Virus record (IMG/VR): IMGVR_UViG_3300045391_001467
Location: 1-64,000 of that record
DNA length: 64,000 nucleotides
Direction: 5' to 3' (one strand)
From: a virus
Taxonomy: Duplodnaviria; Caudoviricetes
The notes below the pieces were generated by a model. It made no database searches, was not told where the DNA came from, and saw only the letters and a program-made list of their open reading frames with translations. This document shows positions 56,717 through 64,000 of the stretch, in pieces. The first letter of the stretch is position 1. Each line of letters starts with the position of its first letter. The translations under genes and the position numbers were made by a program.

Positions 56717-56934
56717 AACCTACCTAGCACTTCATCATATTCTTCTAAAGCCACTACTAACCTATCAAAATCCGCATCAGGCCCGTATAAGTCTGATAGA
56801 TATTCAATTGTCCCTTCTGGAACATGGTACAGATCAGAAAGATGGTCTAGATAGTCTTGTCGGTCTTTAAACCCATAGTATTGATACTTATTCATTTGCA
56901 TACAACCTTCTTGTAAACTCGTCTTGACAGACAA
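56713..56934 (-). CDS. Small acidic hypothetical protein (start likely MNKYQ)
   Basis: YGFKDRQDYLDHLSD...DFDRLVVALE. Confidence 0.6.
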   Translation of the reverse strand: MSVKTSLQEGCMQMNKYQYYGFKDRQDYLDHLSDLYHVPEGTIEYLSDLYGPDADFDRLVVALEEYDEVLGRL

Positions 56935-57100
56935 CTAACTCTCCGCTTGCAAAATTAACTGTTATGTGGTTAATACCTCCACGCCAATGGCAAATCTTCT
57001 CTGATTCAAGAATATCTCCTGAAGAAGCTTTTTGATACATACAACCTGTCATAGACACCAAAAGTACGGCTGCTACAAGCTTTAGGATTTTATTTTTCAC
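56888..57100 (-). CDS. Small lipoprotein
   Basis: Signal peptide with MTG-C lipobox and two further Cys. Confidence 0.65.
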   Translation of the reverse strand: MKNKILKLVAAVLLVSMTGCMYQKASSGDILESEKICHWRGGINHITVNFASGELVVCQDEFTRRLYANE

Positions 57101-57474
57101 ACATCTTCTCCAATGTTCTGTGTAACGTCATTGTAGCTTATGTTTTGATCTATGTCAACTAGATTGTCTATATCCCTCATTAACTTACCCATCATACGCC
57201 TTGCATCAATCACCATCTCATATGAGATGTCACCTTTACCATTCTCATACATCCAATCTAACACTTCACCAGCATTGTATATCTTAAATCCTTTCCTAAA
57301 TTTATAACGTTTACCTTTTGGGAAAGTTTTTAAAATTTTATAACTTTTAGAAAGCTTTATTATAACTGCAACTCTGTGTAAGTTTTTCCCCTCATAAGCT
57401 ATTAGAGCATCTACACAAGCTTTTTGAATAGCTTTGTAATGATTTGCTTTGGGGCTAGTAGTTCTTGGCTTCAT
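57097..57474 (-). CDS. Hypothetical protein
   Basis: Basic 125-aa ORF directly after the polymerase stop. Confidence 0.65.
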   Translation of the reverse strand: MKPRTTSPKANHYKAIQKACVDALIAYEGKNLHRVAVIIKLSKSYKILKTFPKGKRYKFRKGFKIYNAGEVLDWMYENGKGDISYEMVIDARRMMGKLMRDIDNLVDIDQNISYNDVTQNIGEDV

Positions 57475-57475
57475 T

Positions 57476-57733
57476 TTAATGACAAGATGCCCAATCCTTT
57501 CCGAGCATATAGTCGGCTGCTAAGGTTACATTTAACTTGTAGTAATTACTTGCCTGCACTACAGCTTCTTTAATCATCTCCCCTGCTTTACACCAACCAA
57601 CATAGTACCCCTTATCGGAGTGACCTACATCCGACCAAGTCGGGTTTTCTTTTTTAAATTCTTTTGCTTCTTCTTCTGTTTTAAACATCTTCCACTTAAT
57701 TAAAGATTTATGAACTTCCAATTGCGCTTCATC
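57476..57733 (-). CDS. polA: Family A DNA polymerase, exon 2
   Basis: Begins DEAQLEV (motif C continuation), ends GKDWASCH. Confidence 0.9.
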   Translation of the reverse strand, partial: DEAQLEVHKSLIKWKMFKTEEEAKEFKKENPTWSDVGHSDKGYYVGWCKAGEMIKEAVVQASNYYKLNVTLAADYMLGKDWASCH

Positions 57734-58070
57734 CATAAGTTCAAAGTGTTCGCTACGCACTCCCGCACCAGTATGTGCTGCCATACGCTTTCACGTAGGA
57801 TCGGACTATATCACCATCTGTTTCCAGATGCCTTCCATTTCGGCTCCGCTAGGAGCCTACTCCCTTTCGGGATAGTCTCTGAACCTTGAGTCACCAAGAA
57901 TACTCTTTAGAAATGTGTTGATACTGTATATCCATCTACTTCTCTAAAGTCCATCCTTAATAACCCCTTGGCTGCTGATTAACATGAATCGTCATTATAC
58001 ACGATTTTTAGCCTTCCAGCAATTAAAAAGGTTATTCGATATGCCTCACGACATAAAGCCACAATTATCT
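57734..58070 (-). mobile_element. Group I intron (337 nt, no ORF) in the DNA polymerase gene
   Basis: Exon ends CAU, intron ends G; P1 CCAU/GUGG with U-G pair; core motifs AATTGCTGGAA, AATCAGCAGC, GTTCAGAGACTA, GATATAGTCC; splicing restores IAYH|DEAQ. Confidence 0.9.
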
Positions 58071-61016
58071 ATGGTACGCAATAAGTTGTTGCACGAACAC
58101 TCTGTTCTTCCAATCCTCCAGCCAAAAGTCTACAGACAACCCTTCTTTTTTAAGCATTCGATCATGAATAACCATGCTACGCTTTGCGCAAATAACTCCT
58201 GCAGATTGAAACAAACTATTTATTAAAGCACTGGCAGATCGGGTGTTAATCTTTCTACCGTCCAGTCCAAGAATAAATTTTTTACCGCCTGTGGTTTCCC
58301 AATATTGCTTTAATTTATCCGCAAGTTTTGCAAGTGGTTGTGCTGATTGCCAATAAGCATCATAGATAATCTTACCATCCCCTAAACTGCAGCCGACAGT
58401 TTTTGCAACACGCTTCGGTTGACCTCCATATGCACAACAATTTCCTGTAATAGTTATCACATCGCCTTGCCTCATTACCCAAGAGCCAAGCTCTGTAGTG
58501 ATACACCATACTGGCTGCTCTCCAAGTGACACCATCTTGCTTGTTTGAAGACCTCTATGAGATTTTTTAGTAAGTCTAACATGCTTCATCGGTCTGTCAT
58601 TCCAACCTTTCTTATGCGTAACTTGCACAGCACCATCATGAACTAAATAAGATGCAAGAAGAGCAGCCTCTTGAATATCTCCTACGTTTTGTGCCCAATT
58701 CCAAATACTGCCTGTATGATGACCATCCGCAACCATAAATCCTTCTAAAAAAGATACACGCTGGTCGTGGCTCATGTTTAATACTCGTTGAGTCCAGTCA
58801 GATGTGTACTTCCCATCTAAAATATTAATCATGGTTGGTCTATACACAGCATATGCATCCTCTCCTATACCCCAAGGTGCATTCATGATAATATTGCTCT
58901 CTGTATTCAGTTGAGATGTAATTCTAACTTCATCTACAGAATTACGAACAGAGAAGTTAGGCTTACCAGTCGAATATTCTCTGCGTTGCTTTACAAACCA
59001 ACGATGCTCTGCTGTTGCTTGAAATTTAGTCCATGAATTTCCAAACTCAAACACTTCACACGAGTCAAAGAAAATTTTATCTGTGACCCTAGTCCACTTT
59101 TTTGTTTTACTTACAGGATCATAACCAAGAACTTCTTCTCCTATAATTAAATCATTAAAGTGCTTCCATCCATTTCGCGTTAATGCTCTTGTATGCATGG
59201 GCACACAATATTTAACTGACTTTGATGGAGTCCGTTCAAATTTTCTTCCAAGCACTTCAGATATCTTTTCAGCAGTTTTTGTATGCACATCATTAGGTTT
59301 TTCAAGCACTAAAGATTTGCAATATTTTTTATCATCCTCATCATATCTCCAACAATAGTGACTTTCAATCATTGCTTCAAGTGAGCTGAAGTCATAACCC
59401 ATCTGAAAGAAACCGTCTGCAACGTCAACACCAAATAGCTCCCGCATTTCTTTACCAAACGGGCTAGTTACACGAGGGACATTTGCACAAATGCGATGTT
59501 TCATTCTCCCCGTACCAGCCCCACACGTGTCGGCCGGAGTTGGTATGCGGTGATCTTGAAAGACACGATTAACACTAAGCCACCCCTTTTCTATATCCTC
59601 ATCGTCGTCAGGATCAATCCCACCACCAAGAATACTATTACGCCTATGTTGATACGTGAGGTAACTTGACACATCAGCCGCATGAGCAAACTTTTCACTT
59701 AGCTTTATAAGATTTGGGTCTAATTCTTTTTCCATACCTACAGTAAACGTAGGATTAGTTAACACCTTCATAGGGCGTTTCATATGGTCATGTTTATATA
59801 GCTTCTTCCTCATCTGCTCTTCAGAAGAAACTTCTAAATGCTCTAACCTATCTTTCATGAACGCGCTGCTCATTGTCTGTTCAATGTACTTATCGCAAGC
59901 TTCAATATACTTCTCTTTTGAAATCTTGCGCTTTTTTGCATCGACAGTAAGATCACGTTCTTTATAAGCAGAAGGCTCCCAACCCAAATCTCCTATGAGC
60001 CAATTTTTAATGTGTGTAGTATCATTAATCTTAGCAGGAATATGTGTAATTATAGGCTCTTGTGGTATGGGCAGCTTGTACATCTTGTCATAAAGCGAAG
60101 CATGGTAATCACCCTCAACCTGATCTATCTTGCCACCATGTTTTTCAACCCATTTTAAAATATTAGCACTAAGACTTCCATCCTTCTTGAATTGAATTTT
60201 AGGTGGAACAAACTCCTTAGCAGCAGTCTTTCCAATAGGCTTAGGTGGAATTAAAGGCTCTACCACCCTTCGTAGGTTTTCCATGCGCCCGTCAAGTGTC
60301 CTAACATGTTCTACAGCTTTTTCATGGTTGAACCAGAATCCTCGATGTTCTTGCCTAACAACAATTTCTGCTACAGCCTTCTCAAGTTCATAAGCATCTT
60401 TCCAATTCCAGTCTCCCCATTCTCGCAATAAGAATTTCCATGTCTTAATATTGGAACGAACGTCTTGCTTGTTATATACAAGCATTTCAGGGTGATATGC
60501 TAAAAACTCAGCACCTTTAGGTGCATTGGGAGTAATAAGCTCAAGCTCTATTGCTTTTGCTCGCCAATCAATTTTAGCTTCGCCGTGAAGCTTTCCGAAA
60601 TATTCAATACTATGCGCTGGCCTATCAGGATTAAGACACTTAGACAAAATAAGAGTGTCTGTTATTGTAATAGGCTTGCCACAAATACTATCCCTCTTTA
60701 TATCGTAGAACTTTTCTTGTTTCTTCCCCTCAAATACGCCTATCTGAAAGTCCATTCCAAGTGCTGCTTTAAAAACTGTATGATCGTATGAAATAGAATT
60801 GTGAGCTATCAGTTCATCCGCACTATCTAGGATAAATTCTTTTGCATATTTATAGACATCATCCTGCACAAATTCATACTCTTTATCTGTATCTACGTCA
60901 ATAAATACTGCTGAGTGAATTTTAAAGTTATCTTTTAGTTTATACGGTGAGGCTGTATAGTCTACAGAATCTGAGTTAAGCAGTGAGGTTGCTTCAATAT
61001 CCCAGCATAACCTCAT
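58071..61016 (-). CDS. polA: Family A DNA polymerase with 3'-5' exonuclease, exon 1 (contains an intein)
   Basis: WDIEA (ExoI), YNKQD (ExoIII), GTGRMKH, GYDFSSLEA (motif A), NDVH, KSVKY..YG (motif B), INSLFQSAG. Confidence 0.93.
58440..59207 (-). mobile_element. Intein (256 aa) in polymerase motif B with a degenerate LAGLIDADG domain
   Basis: Starts CVPMHTRALTRNGW, block B TAEHRWF, FLEGFMVADG, ends VWCITT...ITITGN; +1 residue Cys; removal gives KSVKY-CCAYGG. Confidence 0.92.
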
Positions 61017-61219
61017 ATTTCCTCCAAGTACGTAATAACGTTTTTAAGCATATGTTTTTGTCCTTTTAAATACATCCCATAATCACTCATGGCCCTTGTG
61101 TCTAATGCACAATAAACTTTACGTAGCTCACAAATAGCCTCATCAATGCATTTAAGATTACCTGAATTATCAGAGATATTGATATTGGAATTTTTAAGCA
61201 GATTGTCTAACATTGCCAT
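61013..61219 (-). CDS. Hypothetical protein
   Basis: ATGA overlap with the polymerase start. Confidence 0.6.
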   Translation of the reverse strand: MAMLDNLLKNSNINISDNSGNLKCIDEAICELRKVYCALDTRAMSDYGMYLKGQKHMLKNVITYLEEI

Positions 61220-61220
61220 C

Positions 61221-62708
61221 CTAAGCAGCTCTCAGAGTCTTTTCACGTTCCAAAATCTCCATCACTGTCTGATTATATTGCAAACAATTGATGGCCCTTG
61301 TGCATGCCACATACAGCAAATTCTGCTCTTCAGTGTCCAGTCCTATCCACTTCCCACCTTTCCCGTAATTAGACGGAAAATCATCTTCAAGTTTCACCTG
61401 CTTAAACTCTCGCCCCTTACTCTTATGAGCGGTAGTGAAAATAACTTGAGGGTTATATGGCTCCTCGTGTCCTTCCAAAACACTAATCCAAACTGGAGCT
61501 TGACCAGACATAACTGCTGCTACTAATCTCTTCAACTCTTGGTCATGATCTGCATCCTCAACAATAGCTGCCCATTCAGCATATGGCACAATTTTCTCAT
61601 GCTTCACACTTTTAAGATCACCTTCAAATAGGGCTTGAGCACTCTGTAGTAATCTCACAAAATCTTTCACATCAATTTCTATAGACACACTCTTACCGTT
61701 TTGTATAGCACTTACAGCGCATGTCAAAAGCTCTGTATTCGTGCGAAACAGTCTGGCGTAAGGTTCGCTGGTATTCAAACAGTTAGTGCCTACGGTTGAT
61801 GTTATGCTCTCATTGCCTACTATATCTATTTTCCAATCTAGCACAGACATTGCTATATCAGCAACTGCTTGCCCATAGCGAAAAGATTTACTTAGCGGAA
61901 GTGATGTACATTCAATTTTGTCCATCGCATTAATAGCACCCCTCCAGCCATAAATTGCTTGCCGTGAGTCTCCTACTAATACAACTTTCATCTTACCAAA
62001 TTGATTCTTAACAATATCAAGAACGCAATCTGTAGTATCTTGAGCTTCATCCAAGTACAGAACTTTATAAGGCAAAATAGGCTTAGATAGCTGATAAAGC
62101 TTTAAATACGTATCATGTGTTGCAAGCACATGTGAATCAGGATCAATGCGTTTCTCCCAAAGCTTCTTTGCTGCTTTAAGGACTATTCCGCATGTTTTCT
62201 GTACGTCTAGCTTAGGATGTTTTTCCGCTCTCAGTTTCAGCTCTTGTTTTGGTACATGCTTAAAATGTATGCAATCATCAGCACTTTGCTCAAACGCTGC
62301 AACTGTACGTTTTACAAGCAAGCCTAGAAAAGCTTGTGTAATGGTATGTGGTTTCTCCTCTGTACCTACATCAATCGCCTCTAGTTTTAACAGCTTGCCA
62401 ATCTCCCCTCCTGTCCCTGCCACGTTCAAATACTTTTGAGGTCGCACCAATTTATGCTGAAGATCGCTACCAAAAGCAGCATAAGCCAAGCTATGTGTCG
62501 TACGGCAAGTAACATGCGAAGGGAACTTGTTGGCAGCTTCTAGTGCTGTTACTTTATTAAATGCCAGATACAACGATGACTGTTTTAACTCATGCGCCAC
62601 CATGCTCAACGTACTCGTTTTCCCTGATCCTGCAATTGCACCTATCTTTAGCAAATCATTTTCTTTTGCAGCAGATATACAATTTAATTGCTGTTGTGTT
62701 GGTTGCAT
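61221..62708 (-). CDS. UvrD/Rep-like superfamily 1 helicase
   Basis: AIAGSGKT, LAFNK, TTHSLA, LDEAQD, VGDSRQAIYGWRGA, SFRYG, TAHKSKGREF, LYVACTRA. Confidence 0.92.
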   Translation of the reverse strand: MQPTQQQLNCISAAKENDLLKIGAIAGSGKTSTLSMVAHELKQSSLYLAFNKVTALEAANKFPSHVTCRTTHSLAYAAFGSDLQHKLVRPQKYLNVAGTGGEIGKLLKLEAIDVGTEEKPHTITQAFLGLLVKRTVAAFEQSADDCIHFKHVPKQELKLRAEKHPKLDVQKTCGIVLKAAKKLWEKRIDPDSHVLATHDTYLKLYQLSKPILPYKVLYLDEAQDTTDCVLDIVKNQFGKMKVVLVGDSRQAIYGWRGAINAMDKIECTSLPLSKSFRYGQAVADIAMSVLDWKIDIVGNESITSTVGTNCLNTSEPYARLFRTNTELLTCAVSAIQNGKSVSIEIDVKDFVRLLQSAQALFEGDLKSVKHEKIVPYAEWAAIVEDADHDQELKRLVAAVMSGQAPVWISVLEGHEEPYNPQVIFTTAHKSKGREFKQVKLEDDFPSNYGKGGKWIGLDTEEQNLLYVACTRAINCLQYNQTVMEILEREKTLRAA

Positions 62709-62732
62709 TAGGGAGATACTCCTTTAGTATTC

Positions 62733-63332
62733 TCATTTTTGAGAATTTTCTTGTTCGTAATTATCCAAAACATCTAAAGCTAATTTTTCTAGACTGTCGT
62801 AGTATCTATAATCAGGGAACTTTGCTAGAATCTTTTTCAAATATACGTGACCATTAGCATACAGATTATTTGTCTTATAGATCACTTTCCGTTTGATACT
62901 TCTTATAAAATCTTGTTCTAAGACAATTCTACCGTTCTTGTACCATGTCTTACAAATGCTCAGTGGGAATTCATCTACAACGTCAAATGTTTTCTTATCT
63001 ACCAGAATTATTTGTACACATATTCCATCAATATTTGACTCAAATACAGCCTTAATCTTTGGATTAATCTTATACCATTCAGGTAAGCCTTCGCCAGTCT
63101 TAACTCTGAATATAGAAAATCCAGCTTTTTCAAGAATCTTATGCACAATACCAATCTGAACACCATCTCTTACAGAAAAGAACAAATCAATATCTGTCGC
63201 AACACGCCGAAGATACCAATCTCTTGGTGCACCACCTGCTACAATTGCAAATGGGTCTATAGTGTAAACCATTGAAAGTGCTTTATCAGCAACTGCACGT
63301 TGTTCATTTATCACCTTATCTACACTATACAT
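62733..63332 (-). CDS. Nucleotidyltransferase, CCA-adding/poly(A) polymerase head-like
   Basis: VAGGAPRD...TDIDLF signature, FPLSIC. Confidence 0.75.
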   Translation of the reverse strand: MYSVDKVINEQRAVADKALSMVYTIDPFAIVAGGAPRDWYLRRVATDIDLFFSVRDGVQIGIVHKILEKAGFSIFRVKTGEGLPEWYKINPKIKAVFESNIDGICVQIILVDKKTFDVVDEFPLSICKTWYKNGRIVLEQDFIRSIKRKVIYKTNNLYANGHVYLKKILAKFPDYRYYDSLEKLALDVLDNYEQENSQK

Positions 63333-63665
63333 TTAAACATCCTTAAGAATTTCATTCAAATCATCCAATTCACTAAACCACTCTGAAGGAATTTTATATC
63401 CTACTGAAACATAACGTGACATTGCATTGATAATCTCTTGCATACGCTCCATGTTTACAATGTACTTAGGGCGAATGCCTAGATGGTGCTTCACACTTAG
63501 CATAGCAGGACATCTTGACATGTCTGCTGTAGGTAGAATAGGCTTATAGCCAATTTCTTGCTCTAAATATTCTGCATAATTGCTCGCGGCTTTCTCCCCT
63601 AGTATTACGTAAAGCATTCCACAGCTTTCTAATCTTTTAAAATCATCCTCAGATATTGGCATCAC
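63333..63665 (-). CDS. Hypothetical protein
   Basis: C-terminal ERMQEIINAMSRY...IPSEWFSEL pattern. Confidence 0.6.
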   Translation of the reverse strand: MMPISEDDFKRLESCGMLYVILGEKAASNYAEYLEQEIGYKPILPTADMSRCPAMLSVKHHLGIRPKYIVNMERMQEIINAMSRYVSVGYKIPSEWFSELDDLNEILKDV

Positions 63666-64000
63666 ATTTTACCTCCAATTTTAAATTCTGCTTATAACTT
63701 ATGAATGATACTACTTGCTCATACAGACTATAATGCGTAGCTTCAGTTCTAAATCCACTAATCTCTTGCCTAACAACAGGAAATAGATTTTTTATTTCTT
63801 TTTCTAGACTGTAGGCCGTTTCTCCGTCCATCTTAAAATGTACCTGATTTACAACACTTAAACCATATTCCTTGGTATTTCTCACATGAGAGCGCAGCCT
63901 ATCCTCTATGTTATTAGTTATGCCATACCCAGTGAAATGTGTAGATGGACCCTTCACCTGTAGTACATAAACATACCCGTCTTTATTTCTCTTAAACCCC
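63649..64000 (-). CDS. C-terminal GIY-YIG-like domain of a probable free-standing homing endonuclease (5' end beyond window)
   Basis: Frame is open to the window edge: GFKRNKDGYVYVLQ...GYGITNNIEDRL...LEKEIK...TEAT. Confidence 0.55.
   Translation of the reverse strand, partial: GFKRNKDGYVYVLQVKGPSTHFTGYGITNNIEDRLRSHVRNTKEYGLSVVNQVHFKMDGETAYSLEKEIKNLFPVVRQEISGFRTEATHYSLYEQVVSFISYKQNLKLEVKCDANI

Noticed and set aside
57476-57784. Independent 102-aa gene MAAHTGAG...
   Set aside because: Its first 17 codons are intron sequence; the rest is polymerase exon 2.
57984-58226. Plus-strand ORF across the polymerase intron boundary
   Set aside because: Antisense shadow with no recognisable motif.
1-64000. 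Alternative genetic code (stop-codon reassignment)
   Set aside because: Long genes are intact in the standard code and end in TAA, TGA or TAG. The breaks in nrdA and pol are explained by introns, and the one at 27988 by a frameshift.
1-64000. CRISPR array, diversity-generating retroelement or retron
   Set aside because: No regularly spaced repeats, no reverse transcriptase motifs and no template/variable repeat pair noticed by eye.

Overview
This 64 kb window is part of an AT-rich, lytic-looking dsDNA tailed phage (siphovirus-type tail) in the standard genetic code. Spanins and lipoproteins indicate a Gram-negative host. Layout: (1) 1-1.8 kb, start of a minus-strand arm (RNA ligase, DNA ligase N-terminus); (2) 1.9-3.9 kb, small genes including a MazG-like pyrophosphatase; (3) 3.9-4.9 kb, non-coding region with promoters, a long G-U-rich hairpin and an AT tract (candidate origin); (4) 5-10.7 kb, small early or host-takeover-type genes bracketed by long non-coding regions (possible terminal repeat); (5) 12-17.8 kb, minus-strand accessory genes (GNAT, deaminase, ClpP-like, PhoH) interrupted by a plus-strand serine resolvase/invertase; (6) 17.9-41 kb, terminase, tRNA-Thr, head, tail and lysis genes; (7) 41-64 kb, minus-strand replication and nucleotide-metabolism genes. 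The ORF track misses or splits several elements read from the sequence: group I introns in nrdA (44622-44902) and in the family A DNA polymerase (57734-58070), an intein in the same polymerase (58440-59207), a lambda-type GGGAAAG -1 frameshift, and two tandem non-canonical tRNA-like RNAs behind a consensus promoter (54268-54495). No primase-helicase, integrase, reverse transcriptase or CRISPR array was seen. All protein calls are motif recognition by eye; no database search was run.
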